Shown here: positions 28,780 through 39,688 of the stretch, piece after piece
Layout of the letters: each line of letters begins with the position of its first letter
Position numbering within the stretch: the first letter of the stretch is position 1
Assembly (NCBI GenBank): GCA_965220745.1
Contig: CBDCQT010000010.1
Location: 1 to 64,000, forward strand
Reading direction: 5' to 3'
DNA from: Alphaproteobacteria bacterium
GTDB lineage: Bacteria > Pseudomonadota > Alphaproteobacteria > UBA828
DNA length: 64,000 nt
The notes under the pieces: generated by a model
What the model saw: only the letters and a program-made list of their open reading frames with translations
What the model was told of the DNA's origin: nothing
Databases searched by the model: none
Made by a program: the position numbers and the translations under genes

Positions 28780-30555
28780 CTAAGAGGCAGGGCTGCCGCG
28801 CCGGGCCTCGGTGGCTGCGGCATCGAGCTCGCCTGCTTCGGTGACCACGACACCGTACATGCTCTCGGCTGATTCGCGCGAGATGTAGCCGTCGCGCACG
28901 TCCTCGGCGACGGCCTCCACCGGGCGCTCGGCGGCAGAGCCGTAGCCGCCGCCGCAGGTGCCGGTGAGTGTCAGGCTCTCGCCGGCCTTGACCGCGCGGT
29001 TCGGCATCATCGAGGGGAAAGGAACATCCTCGCCGTCGGCCCGGTGATAGACCAGCGCCGCCTCGCGGCCCTCGGCACCGCCTTCGAAGCCCCAGGGGCG
29101 GAAGGCGTGGCCGTCACCCTCGACCGAGATGAAGCTGTCGGCGAGGAACGAGACCTCGCGGATGGACCCGATGCCGCCGCGCCAGCGCCCGGCGGCAGCC
29201 GCATCGTCGCGCAGCTCGTAGCGCCGAATGCGGAGCGGCAGATGGGACTCGATGTCCTCGATCGGGTTATTGCGGGTGTTGGCGTAGAGGGTATCGACCG
29301 CGTCCATCGCGTCCTTGCCGGCGCGGCCGCCGTAGCTGCCCTCGTGGATGTCCATGTGCACCCAGTGGCCGCCGTCCTTGATGCCGGAGAACGCGATCAC
29401 CTTGAGGTTGCCGACGCCGGCGGAGACCTTGTCGGGCACCGCCTGGGCCAGCGCCTTCATCAGCGTGTCGGCGACGATGTTGCCGGAGACGAAGCGCGCG
29501 ATGGTGGGTGCCGGGAAGGTGGGATTGGCGATGGTTCCCTCCGGCGCCTTGATGGTGATGGGCCGGATCAGGCCCGAGTTCTGCGGGATTTCTCCGAAGA
29601 CCTCGCTGTCCAGCAGGATCGAACGGACCGTCAGCCAGATCGCGCAGTCCACCGTGCCTTCGAGCGGCATGTTGATGGGCCGGTCGTCGCATTGCGCAGA
29701 CGTGCCGGCGAGATCCACCACCAGGTCGCTACCCTTGACGGTAACCGCGACGGCGACCTTGAAGTGGCGCCGGTCGGGGTCGTCGAGGAAGCCGTCCACG
29801 TAACCCTCGGCCCGGTAGGTGCCGTCGGGCAGCGCCTCGATCGCCTGGCGCATGAGCCGCTCGGAATAGTCCATGAGCGCATCGGCCGCCGCCTCCACGG
29901 TGGCCAAGCCGTGGCGCTCGATCAGCGCGAGGTAACGCTCGGCGCCGATCCGGCTGGCGGCCACCTGCGCCTCCATGTCGCCCACCACCATGTCGGGCGC
30001 CCGGATGTTGTCGCGCATCATGTACCAGAGCGGCTCGTTGACGGTGCCCCGGTCGTAGGCCTTGAGCGCCTTGAACTGCAGGCCCTCGGCGTAGGCGTCC
30101 ATGGCATCGACGATGCCGCAGCTGCCGGGGCTGAGCGCGCCGATATCGAGGTGGTGCGCGGTGGTGACCGCGTAGCCCACCAGCGCGCCCTCGTGGAAGA
30201 CCGGCACGATGAAGGCGACGTCCGGCCCGTGGCTCGCGCCGTGATAGGCGGAGTTGTGGATGATGACGTCGCCTTCGTTGAGCGTCTGGCCGCGCTCCTC
30301 GAGGATCTGGTTCATGCCCTTCACGTAGCCGGGGATCGGCCCCGACTGCAGTGGCGTCGAGTGCTTGGATTCGCAGAGCTGGCGGCCGTGGCGGTCGATG
30401 ATCGCCGCGCCGAAATCCTCGGACTCGCGGATGATCGAGGAGTAGGACATGCGCATGAGCTTCCAGCCCATCTCGACCGCGATGTTCTCCAGCGCGCCCT
30501 GGATCACGCTGGCGGTGACCGCGTCGATGGGCCGGACGTTCGGCGTCTCTGCCAT
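28780..30555 (-). CDS. Hydantoinase B/oxoprolinase family subunit
   Basis: SSIIRESEDF, AHHLDIG and GGGYG motifs. Confidence 0.9.
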   Translation of the reverse strand: MAETPNVRPIDAVTASVIQGALENIAVEMGWKLMRMSYSSIIRESEDFGAAIIDRHGRQLCESKHSTPLQSGPIPGYVKGMNQILEERGQTLNEGDVIIHNSAYHGASHGPDVAFIVPVFHEGALVGYAVTTAHHLDIGALSPGSCGIVDAMDAYAEGLQFKALKAYDRGTVNEPLWYMMRDNIRAPDMVVGDMEAQVAASRIGAERYLALIERHGLATVEAAADALMDYSERLMRQAIEALPDGTYRAEGYVDGFLDDPDRRHFKVAVAVTVKGSDLVVDLAGTSAQCDDRPINMPLEGTVDCAIWLTVRSILLDSEVFGEIPQNSGLIRPITIKAPEGTIANPTFPAPTIARFVSGNIVADTLMKALAQAVPDKVSAGVGNLKVIAFSGIKDGGHWVHMDIHEGSYGGRAGKDAMDAVDTLYANTRNNPIEDIESHLPLRIRRYELRDDAAAAGRWRGGIGSIREVSFLADSFISVEGDGHAFRPWGFEGGAEGREAALVYHRADGEDVPFPSMMPNRAVKAGESLTLTGTCGGGYGSAAERPVEAVAEDVRDGYISRESAESMYGVVVTEAGELDAAATEARRGSPAS

Positions 30556-30558
30556 GAT

Positions 30559-32637
30559 CTATCCCTCCTCGCCCAGGCGCAGGATGAGGTTCGCGCTCCT
30601 GTCGACGCGCACCGACCAGCCGGGCGGCACCACGGTGGTGGCATCCGTTTGCAGGATGACCGCGGGGCCGGCGAACGGCGCGTCGACCGGCAGCGCCTCG
30701 CGCCGGTAGAACGCCGTCTCGTAGCCTTCGAGCACGCCGTCAACGCGGAAGACCGAGCGCGCGGTCTTGACCCGCGCCTCCTCCAGCGAGCCGCCGGCCG
30801 GCGCGGGCGGGGCCGCGATCTTGGGCATGCGGCCGACGCCGGTGATGCGGATGTTCACGATCTCGATGGGGCTCTCGGTGAAGCAGTGGCCGTATTCCTG
30901 CTCGTGCAGAGCATGAAAAGCCTGCCAGACCTCCTCCAGCCCGGCCTCGTCCAGCTCGTCCGCCGGGAAGGCCACGCGCAGCTCGTAGCCCTGACCAACG
31001 TAGCGCAGGTCGCCGGCGCGGCGCTCCTCCACCCGGTCGGCACCGAGGCCGGCGGCCTCGTACTGGGCCAGGAGGTCGCGGCTCAGCCGCGCGAAGTCGC
31101 CGTTGATCCGCCCGATATCGACCGCGCCTTTGACCTGGAAGGCGGTCATGATCTGGTCGTACTTGAGGTCGGTGGTGAGCAGGCCCGCGGCGGACGTGAT
31201 GCCGGGATGGGGCGGCACCACGACCTCGGGCACGTCGAGCATCGCCGCGACCTCGGCGCCATGGAGCGGCCCCGCGCCGCCGAAGGCGACCAGCGAGAAG
31301 TCGCGCGGATCCAGGCCCTTCTGCACGGTCTTGGAGCGGATGGCGTTGGCCATGTTGCTGTTGACGATGGTGAGCACGCCTTCGGCCGCCTCGTGCTTGT
31401 CGACGCCGAGGGTCTCGGCAAGCGCCGTCAGTGCGTCGTCGGAACGCTCGGGCGCGAGCGTCATCTCGCCGCCGAGGAAGTTGTCGGCATCCAGCCGGCC
31501 GAGCACGAGGTTGGCGTCGGTGACCGTGGGGGCGTCGCCGCCCCGGCCGTAGCAGGCGGGGCCGGGCTCTGAGCCCGCGCTCTCCGGCCCCACCTTGAAG
31601 GCGCCGCCGGCATCGGTGCGCGCGATGCTGCCGCCGCCGGCGCCGATGGTGGTGATGTCGATCATCGGCACAAGCACGGGGTAGCCGCCGATCCAGGTAT
31701 CGCGCGCGGTGGCCTCGTTGTAGCGGCCGTCGATCACGATACCGATGTCGGCGCTGGTGCCGCCCACGTCGAAGGTGATGAGGCGCCGCCGGCCGGAATG
31801 CTCCGCCGCCCAGGCGCCGCCGAGCACGCCTGCGGCCGGCCCCGACATGAGCGTGATGACCGGCACGTCCGCCACCATCGCTGCGGTGGCGACGCCGCCG
31901 TTCGAGCCCATGATGTGGAGGTCGCCCGCGACGCCGGCCTGCTTCAATCGGTCTTCGAAGCGGCGCACGTAGTTGCGCACCTTGGGGCCGATGAAGGCGT
32001 TCATCGCCGCCGTGGTGAAGCGCTCGAACTCGCGGAACTGCGGCGCGACCCGGGCCGAGGTGGTGACAAAGGCCTCGGGCCATTCCTCCAGCACGATGGC
32101 CCGCGCGCGCTCCTCATGCGTGGGATCGATGTAGGCAAAGAGGAAGCAGATGGCGACCGCCTCCACGCCCTTGTCGCGGAGCGTGCGGGCGGCCTGGCGC
32201 ACGCCCTCTTCGTCCAGCGGCTCCAGCACGTCGCCCTGCGGCGGCACCCGCCGCTCCTTCACGGTGAGACGGTGGCGGCGACGCACCAGCGGACGCGCCT
32301 GCCACGGGATGTCCTGCATGATCGAGTAGTTCTGCGGCCGCTGGTGGCGGCCGATGTGGATGATGTCGCGGTAGCCGGCCGAGGTGATCATGCCGGTCTC
32401 GGCGCCGTCGTACTGGAGCACCGCGTTGGTCGAGATCGTGGTGCCGTGGAAGACGTGGGCGATGGCGTCGGGCGCCGTGCCGCTCCGCTCGCAGAGCGCA
32501 GCGATGCCCGCCGCGGCGCCCTCCGAGGGGTCGTCCGGCGTGGTGGGCACCTTGTGGATCGCGCTCTCGCGCGTCTCGCTGTCGGTAATGATGAGGTCGG
32601 TGAAGGTGCCGCCGACATCGACGCCGATCAGCTTCAT
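30559..32637 (-). CDS. Hydantoinase A/oxoprolinase family subunit
   Basis: GVDVGGTFTD, SGPAAG, DVGGTS, IGAGGGSIA and PTVTDANL motifs. Confidence 0.9.
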   Translation of the reverse strand: MKLIGVDVGGTFTDLIITDSETRESAIHKVPTTPDDPSEGAAAGIAALCERSGTAPDAIAHVFHGTTISTNAVLQYDGAETGMITSAGYRDIIHIGRHQRPQNYSIMQDIPWQARPLVRRRHRLTVKERRVPPQGDVLEPLDEEGVRQAARTLRDKGVEAVAICFLFAYIDPTHEERARAIVLEEWPEAFVTTSARVAPQFREFERFTTAAMNAFIGPKVRNYVRRFEDRLKQAGVAGDLHIMGSNGGVATAAMVADVPVITLMSGPAAGVLGGAWAAEHSGRRRLITFDVGGTSADIGIVIDGRYNEATARDTWIGGYPVLVPMIDITTIGAGGGSIARTDAGGAFKVGPESAGSEPGPACYGRGGDAPTVTDANLVLGRLDADNFLGGEMTLAPERSDDALTALAETLGVDKHEAAEGVLTIVNSNMANAIRSKTVQKGLDPRDFSLVAFGGAGPLHGAEVAAMLDVPEVVVPPHPGITSAAGLLTTDLKYDQIMTAFQVKGAVDIGRINGDFARLSRDLLAQYEAAGLGADRVEERRAGDLRYVGQGYELRVAFPADELDEAGLEEVWQAFHALHEQEYGHCFTESPIEIVNIRITGVGRMPKIAAPPAPAGGSLEEARVKTARSVFRVDGVLEGYETAFYRREALPVDAPFAGPAVILQTDATTVVPPGWSVRVDRSANLILRLGEEG

Positions 32638-32821
32638 GGGCCGTCCGCTCGCTGTTGCGGCCCGACGGCCGCAGGTGGTCGTTGCGCATTTGCCGCCGAG
32701 CGCTCTCGGCGGCGGGGCAGTGTCTTATCCGCGCCCAAGCGGGTCAAGCGAGCCAACCCGACGGCCCATGCAAGGCGAGCGCACCCCGCCTATACTGCGC
32801 GCCGTCACCACGGGGGCGAGG

Positions 32822-34198
32822 ATGGCGACGGAACAGGCGCCGCGCTGGAAACGGCGGGCCTACAACATCGCGACGCTTCGGGAGGAGTCCCGGCGCGTGT
32901 TGCCGCGCCCGGTCTTCGACTTCGTCGACGGCGGCGCGGGCGACGAGCACACGCTGCGCCGGAACGTCTCCGCCTTCGATGATGTCGACCTCTATCCCCG
33001 CCCGATCGGGGGCACACGCGATCGCGATCTCTCGACCACACTGCTCGGCCGACGGCTTTCCATGCCGCTCATCGTCCCGCCCACGGGGCTTGCCGGGCTG
33101 CTCTGGCCGGACGGCGAGGCCGCCTCGGCACGCGCAGCGACCAAGGCCGGCTCCATCTACTGCCTCAGCCACGGTTCGGTCTGCAGTCTGGAAGAGCTGG
33201 CCGAGACCGGGATCGAGCCCCTCTGGTTCCAGACCTACATTTACAGGGACCGCGGCCTCACCCACGAGATGGCGGCGCGCGCACAGGCCGCGGGATACGA
33301 GGCGCTGATCGTGACCGTCGATACCCAGCTCCTCGGCAACCGCGAGCGCGACATCCGCAACGGCTTCATCATCCCGCCCACCATGTCCGCTCGCGAGATC
33401 GCCAACATGGCGACCAAGCTGCGCTGGCTGTTCCGGATGCGCGGCACGATCCCGAAGATCACCTTCGGCAACTACCGCAGGCCGGACGGCGGCGAGGACC
33501 TCACCGCGCTTGCCCAGCGCATGGTGGGGCTGCCGGACCCCGGCATTCAGTGGCGCGACATCGCCGACCTGCGCGCCGTCTGGAAGGGGTCGCTGCTGCT
33601 CAAGGGCATCTTGCACCCGGCCGACGCCGTCGAGGCGGTGGCCAACGGCGTGGACGGGATGTTCGTCTCCAACCACGGGGGCCGCCAGCTCGACGGCGTG
33701 GCCGGCGCCGTGGACGCGCTGCCGGCGGTGGCGGAGGCGGTGGCCGGCCGCGCCGCGTTGATACTCGACGGCGGCATCAGGCGAGGCGCCCACATCGTCA
33801 AGGCGCTGGCACTGGGCGCGAACTGCTGCTCCATCGGCAGGCCGCAGTTCTGGGGCCTCTCGGCCGCCGGCGAGGCCGGTGTGGCGCACGTGTTCGACAT
33901 CTTCCGCCGCGAGCTTGACCTCACCATGGGGCTCTGCGGGCTCCCCAACATCGCCTCGATCGGGCCGGACGTGCTGGCACGCGGGACGGCGACCGAGACG
34001 GCCCGGCTCACCGCCGCGACCGAGGCGGTCGCAGCGGCGGCCGTGGCGGTGGCGGAGTCGGGGACTGCCGCCAACAACGGTGACGGCGCCGGCGACGCGG
34101 AGGTATCCGAGCCCGTTCCCGAGACCGGCGGCCCGGCGGGGCCGGAGCCCACGCGCTACGGCGACTGGGAGCGGAAGGGCCGCGCCATCGATTTTTAA
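32822..34198 (+). CDS. FMN-dependent alpha-hydroxy acid oxidase fused to C-terminal DUF1674 (SDHAF4/Sdh8-like)
   Basis: FDFVDGGA, SNHGGRQLDG and LDGGIRRG, then an Ala-rich linker and GPEPTRYGDWERKGRAIDF. Confidence 0.85.
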   Translation: MATEQAPRWKRRAYNIATLREESRRVLPRPVFDFVDGGAGDEHTLRRNVSAFDDVDLYPRPIGGTRDRDLSTTLLGRRLSMPLIVPPTGLAGLLWPDGEAASARAATKAGSIYCLSHGSVCSLEELAETGIEPLWFQTYIYRDRGLTHEMAARAQAAGYEALIVTVDTQLLGNRERDIRNGFIIPPTMSAREIANMATKLRWLFRMRGTIPKITFGNYRRPDGGEDLTALAQRMVGLPDPGIQWRDIADLRAVWKGSLLLKGILHPADAVEAVANGVDGMFVSNHGGRQLDGVAGAVDALPAVAEAVAGRAALILDGGIRRGAHIVKALALGANCCSIGRPQFWGLSAAGEAGVAHVFDIFRRELDLTMGLCGLPNIASIGPDVLARGTATETARLTAATEAVAAAAVAVAESGTAANNGDGAGDAEVSEPVPETGGPAGPEPTRYGDWERKGRAIDF

Positions 34199-34208
34199 CC
34201 GGGAGGCA

Positions 34209-34847
34209 CTATCCCCCGTGCCGGGCGGACCAGGCTTCGGGGTCGGCGAGGAAAGCCCGGACCTCGCCAAGCCCCCGTTCATCGATACGCCCGCTGGCCA
34301 GCGCCACCGCGAGCAGCGTGTCGAGATCGCAAATGGCGGTGAGCGCGAGGCCCGCCTCTTCCAGCGCCTGCCGCGCCGTCGCGCCGGCACGCGAAAACAG
34401 CACGCTCACTCGCTCCACCTCCGCGCCCGCGTCGCGCAGCGCGTGCGTGAAGGCGAGGATGCTGCCGGCGGTCGAGATCAGGTCCTCGATCAGGTGGACG
34501 CGCGCGCCGGCGACGCGGCCGCCCTCGATCCGGCCTGCGGTGCCGTGCGCCTTGGCCTCGGCCCGGACATAGACCATGGGCAGCGCCAGCCGGTCGGCGA
34601 CCAGTGTGGCGAACGGGACGCCGGCAGTGACGCCGCCTGCGATGACCGTTGCGCCGGGCTTCGGCACCGTAGCCGCCAGCGCCGCCGCCGCCTGCGCGCG
34701 AGCCTCGGGCCGCGAGAGGATCAGTCGGCAGTTCACGTAGAAGGGTGCTAAGAGCCCCGAGGTGAGGCGGAACGGCTCAGCCGGCCGCACCAGGAAGGCG
34801 CCGGTATCGAGCAGGACCGCCGCAATCTCTTCCGCCGCCCGGCTCAT
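34209..34847 (-). CDS. pyrE: Orotate phosphoribosyltransferase
   Basis: PFRLTSG, YVR..K.HG and IEDLISTAGS motifs. Confidence 0.9.
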   Translation of the reverse strand: MSRAAEEIAAVLLDTGAFLVRPAEPFRLTSGLLAPFYVNCRLILSRPEARAQAAAALAATVPKPGATVIAGGVTAGVPFATLVADRLALPMVYVRAEAKAHGTAGRIEGGRVAGARVHLIEDLISTAGSILAFTHALRDAGAEVERVSVLFSRAGATARQALEEAGLALTAICDLDTLLAVALASGRIDERGLGEVRAFLADPEAWSARHGG

Positions 34848-34927
34848 CCCCGCCCCCTGCCCCGCCGCTCTCCGGTCGTCGCACGCATGGCGCGAGGGTA
34901 AACTATCCCTGCCCGAACGGGATGCTC

Positions 34928-35680
34928 ATGCCGAACGTTTCTCTCTACTGCGCCCTCGATGCGCGCGACCGGGCCACGGTCGAGCGGCTCGCACATCTGC
35001 TCGCGCCGGCGGTCGGCGGCCTCAAGCTCGGGCTGGAGTATTTCTGTGCGCACGGGCCGGAAGGCGTGTACGCGGTGCGCGCCGCTGGCCGGCCGCTCTT
35101 CCTCGACCTCAAGCTGCACGACATCCCGAACACGGTCGCGGGCGCCGTGCGCAGTGTGGTCGCGCTGGAGCCGCACTATCTCACCATCCACGCGGCAGGC
35201 GGTGTGGCCATGATGCGGGCGACGCGCGAGGCTGCGGCGGAGGAAGCCGCGCGCCAAGGCACTACCCCGCCCAACTTGCTCGGCGTGACCGTGCTGACCA
35301 GTCTCGACGCCGAGACGTTGGCGCGCCAGGGCATCGCCGACTCCACGCACGATCAGGTGCTGCGACTCGCGGCGCTGGCCCACGAGGCGGGGCTGGCGGG
35401 CGTGATCGCGAGCCCGCACGAAATCGCGGCGTTGCGTGCCGCGCACGGCCCGGACTTCGATATCGTCGTCCCCGGCATTCGCCCGGCGAGCGGTGCCGGC
35501 AGTGGCAAGGGCGATCAAGCGCGGGTCGCGACGCCAGCGGATGCGGCGCGTGCCGGGGCAACGGCGCTTGTCGTGGGCCGCCCGATCACGCAGGCGCCCG
35601 ATCCGCTCGCCGCAGCCCGCGCGATCGCAGGGGAGATCGCCGCGTCGCGCGTCCCCGCGCGCGAAATCGAAGAGTCCTGA
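34928..35680 (+). CDS. pyrF: OMP decarboxylase
   Basis: FLDLKLHDIPNTV, VTVLTS, PGIRP and VGRPIT motifs. Confidence 0.9.
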   Translation: MPNVSLYCALDARDRATVERLAHLLAPAVGGLKLGLEYFCAHGPEGVYAVRAAGRPLFLDLKLHDIPNTVAGAVRSVVALEPHYLTIHAAGGVAMMRATREAAAEEAARQGTTPPNLLGVTVLTSLDAETLARQGIADSTHDQVLRLAALAHEAGLAGVIASPHEIAALRAAHGPDFDIVVPGIRPASGAGSGKGDQARVATPADAARAGATALVVGRPITQAPDPLAAARAIAGEIAASRVPAREIEES

Positions 35681-36756
35681 CCGCGCGCGGTGGGGCCGCG
35701 GTGGTCGGTACCGATGGCATCGCTGAGCGAGGCGAAGCCGTCGGCCGCGAGCAGCCGCGCGAGTCCCTGCGTGATCTCGCCGACGAGACGCGGGCCCCGA
35801 TAGACCAGTGCGGTGTAGAGCTGGACCAGGCTCGCGCCCGCGCGGATGCGGGCGTAGGCGGCCTCCGCCGAATCGATCCCGCCCACCCCGATCAGCGGCA
35901 GGCGTCCGCCACTCAGGGCGTAGGCTAGGCGCAGCACTTCGAGAGCGCGCGGCGCCAGTGGCGGGCCGCTGAGCCCGCCCTCCTCCTCTCGCCGGCGTGA
36001 GACCAGGCCAAGCGGCCGGTTGGTCGTCGTATTGGTCAGGATCAGGCCGGCAATGGGTGCATCCTCGATGGCCTCGAGCAGTGCCGCCAGGGCCTCGTCG
36101 TCGATCTCCGGCGCGAGCTTGAGCAGGATGGGGGGGGCGCGGTCGAGGCGAGCGTGGGCGTCCGCGAGCGCGGCCAGAAGGCGGTGGAGCGCGTCGCCTG
36201 CCTGCCACGCCCGCAGCCCCGGCGTGTTGGGCGAGGAGACATTCACCGCCACGTAGTCTGCGAGCGCGGCGACGCGGGCGAGGCCAGCGGCGTAGTCTCG
36301 CGCGGGGTCGGCGCTCCCCTTGTTCACGCCGATGTTGATGCCGAGCGGGCGGTGGGACACGCCATGCGCGCGACGCCGCCGTTCCAGCTGTGCGGCGACG
36401 ACCTCCAGGCCGGCGCTGTTGAAGCCATAGCGGTTGATCAGCGCGCGCTCCTGCCGCAGGCGAAAGAGCCGGGGCTTGGGGTTGCCCGGCTGCGGCCGGG
36501 GCGTCACCGTGCCTGCCTCGCCGAAGCCAAGGCCGAGCCGCGCCGCCGCGTCGGGGCAGCGGACATCCTTGTCGAAGCCGGCGGCGAGGCCCACGGGCGT
36601 CGGGAAGCGCAGCCCCCAGAGCGTCACCGCAAGCGCAGGGTCGGGCGGCGGAGGCGCCGGTGGCCGCCCCAGTCTGAGCAGCGCGATCGCCGCGCCGTGC
36701 GCCGTCTCCGGCGGCAGGCAGCGGAGGCCGGCGGTGGCGATGTCGGCGTAGGACAT
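35515..36756 (-). CDS. pyrD: Quinone-dependent dihydroorotate dehydrogenase (C-terminal extension overlaps pyrF)
   Basis: GLAAGFDK, NVSSPNTPGLR, GGLSG and AGASLVQLYT; start MSYADIA at 36756. Confidence 0.9.
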   Translation of the reverse strand: MSYADIATAGLRCLPPETAHGAAIALLRLGRPPAPPPPDPALAVTLWGLRFPTPVGLAAGFDKDVRCPDAAARLGLGFGEAGTVTPRPQPGNPKPRLFRLRQERALINRYGFNSAGLEVVAAQLERRRRAHGVSHRPLGINIGVNKGSADPARDYAAGLARVAALADYVAVNVSSPNTPGLRAWQAGDALHRLLAALADAHARLDRAPPILLKLAPEIDDEALAALLEAIEDAPIAGLILTNTTTNRPLGLVSRRREEEGGLSGPPLAPRALEVLRLAYALSGGRLPLIGVGGIDSAEAAYARIRAGASLVQLYTALVYRGPRLVGEITQGLARLLAADGFASLSDAIGTDHRGPTARGQDSSISRAGTRDAAISPAIARAAASGSGACVIGRPTTSAVAPARAASAGVATRA

Positions 36757-36773
36757 GGCGGGCCGGGCCGCTG

Positions 36774-38075
<1,302 letters not shown>

Positions 38076-38090
38076 GTACCGATCTCCTGT

Positions 38091-39053
38091 TCAGAACACC
38101 GGCGCCGGGCCCAGGTTGCGGCTCAGCGCGTCGAGGCAGCCCTGGCGCACGGCGACGCCGAGCTCGACCTGGTCGAGGATGGCGCTCCGCGTGATGTCGT
38201 CGGCGACTTCGCTGTCGATCTCGACGCCTCGGTTCATGGGCCCCGGATGGAGGATCAGCGCGTTCTCCCGCGCTTGTGCGAGCTTGGCCCGGTCGAGGCC
38301 GTAGAAGCGGAAATACTCGCGGACCGACGGCACGAAGGTGCCCTGCATGCGCTCCTGCTGCAGGCGCAGCATCATGATGACATCGCAGCCCGCGAGCCCT
38401 GCCCGCATGTCGTGGAAGACCTCCACGCCCATGCGCTCGATCGCCGCCGGCACCAGCGTGGGCGGCGCGATGATGCGCACGCCGGCGCCCATGGTGTTGA
38501 GCAGCAGGATGTTGGAGCGGGCGACCCGGCTGTGCAGCACGTCGCCGCAGATGGCGACCCGGAGCCCCTCGATCCGGCCGAAGCGGTGGCGGATGGTGAG
38601 CGCATCCAGCAGCGCCTGGGTGGGATGCTCGTGGCTGCCGTCGCCGGCGTTGATCACCGCGCACTCGACGTGATTGGCGAGCAGGCGGGCGGCGCCGGCA
38701 TCCGGGTGGCGGACAATCAGCATGTCCGGGTGCATGGCGTTCAGCGTCATCGCCGTGTCGATCAGCGTCTCGCCCTTCTTGATCGCCGAGCTCGCCACAG
38801 CGATGTTGATGACGTCGGCGCCGAGCCGCTTGCCCGCAAGCTCGAACGAGGTGCGGGTGCGGGTCGAGGTCTCGAAGAAGAGTAGCACCACGGTGCGCCC
38901 GCCGAGCAGGCTCTTGCGCTTCTGCACCTCGCGGTTGAGCGCGACGTAGCCCTCGGAGAGATCGAGCAGGTGGGTGATTGCGCCTGCGGAAAGCCCCTCG
39001 ATCCCCAGCAGATGCCGGTCGCTGAAGATCGAAGGCAAGAGCGCAGGCTGCAT
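38091..39053 (-). CDS. pyrB: Aspartate carbamoyltransferase catalytic subunit
   Basis: [23 protein letters not shown] and HPGPMNRG motifs. Confidence 0.95.
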   Translation of the reverse strand: MQPALLPSIFSDRHLLGIEGLSAGAITHLLDLSEGYVALNREVQKRKSLLGGRTVVLLFFETSTRTRTSFELAGKRLGADVINIAVASSAIKKGETLIDTAMTLNAMHPDMLIVRHPDAGAARLLANHVECAVINAGDGSHEHPTQALLDALTIRHRFGRIEGLRVAICGDVLHSRVARSNILLLNTMGAGVRIIAPPTLVPAAIERMGVEVFHDMRAGLAGCDVIMMLRLQQERMQGTFVPSVREYFRFYGLDRAKLAQARENALILHPGPMNRGVEIDSEVADDITRSAILDQVELGVAVRQGCLDALSRNLGPAPVF

Positions 39054-39061
39054 CGCTATAC

Positions 39062-39090
39062 CTTGTAGGCTGACGCCAGCCGATATGCAA
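39062..39090 (-). promoter_or_regulatory. Possible sigma70 promoter of pyrB
   Basis: TTGCAT-N17-TACAAG just upstream of the ATG. Confidence 0.35.
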
Positions 39091-39206
39091 GGGCTAGCGG
39101 TCTCGGGGTGCGTCGGCAGGCCGCCGGTGCGCTACGGCAGCCGTCCACCGCGCTCGTTAAGGGCGAACGAGCGGGACGAAAACTGTCGTGAAAAAGGTTT
39201 TAAGGC

Positions 39207-39300
39207 GGCCTATTCCGGCCTATTCCGGCCCAAGGTGGCTCAAGGTGGTCCAAGGTGGCCCAGGAGACGGACCGGAAAGCGGCCCATGGTGGCCCAAGCA
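39207..39300. repeat. 10-bp-period repeat array
   Basis: ggcctattcc x2, ggcccaaggt ggctcaaggt ggtccaaggt ggcccaggag, then ggcccatggt ggcccaagca. Confidence 0.7.
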
Positions 39301-39393
39301 GCGCCCGCCCTCAAAACGGCAAGAGGGCCGCAGAGACCCGCTCATCCCGTTCGCCGCTGCCGGCTGATTCTTGCGCTCGCACATCATGCCGCG

Positions 39394-39444
39394 ATCCTGG
39401 CACGGCTCGCGCGCAACGGGCACCGCACCATGGTCCGGGGTGTT
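39394..39444 (-). promoter_or_regulatory. Second copy of the phage late-promoter-like motif
   Basis: Identical 25-mer at 39420-39444, 20-nt spacer, CAGGAT, then ATG at 39387. Confidence 0.55.
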
Positions 39445-39482
39445 TTCCCGGCAACGGGCGAGAAGTTGCCCATAGGGTGGAC

Positions 39483-39620
39483 TGGACTGCGAAGCAGGCC
39501 GGAGCGCGCGACCGCGCGCCGCGCCGTTAGGCGCGTAAGCCAAGCGAACGGAGTTCGCGCCCGGCGCCTGAGGGAAATGAAAGAGTCAGCGCCCGGCGTC
39601 TGAGGGAAATGACTAAGTCA
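39483..39620 (+). repeat. Dispersed repeat, copy C, with tandemly duplicated 3' end
   Basis: ...gcgcccggcgcctgagggaaatgaaagagtca gcgcccggcgtctgagggaaatgactaagtca. Confidence 0.8.
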
Positions 39621-39688
39621 GCCCGGACGGCGCTCATGCGCCGCTCTATTTTCTCGTCATGCCCGGACTTGATCCATTGCTGTCCGGT

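Noticed and set aside
39207-39620. Possible CRISPR array
   Set aside because: Units are 10 or 32 bp with no unique spacers, and no cas genes are present
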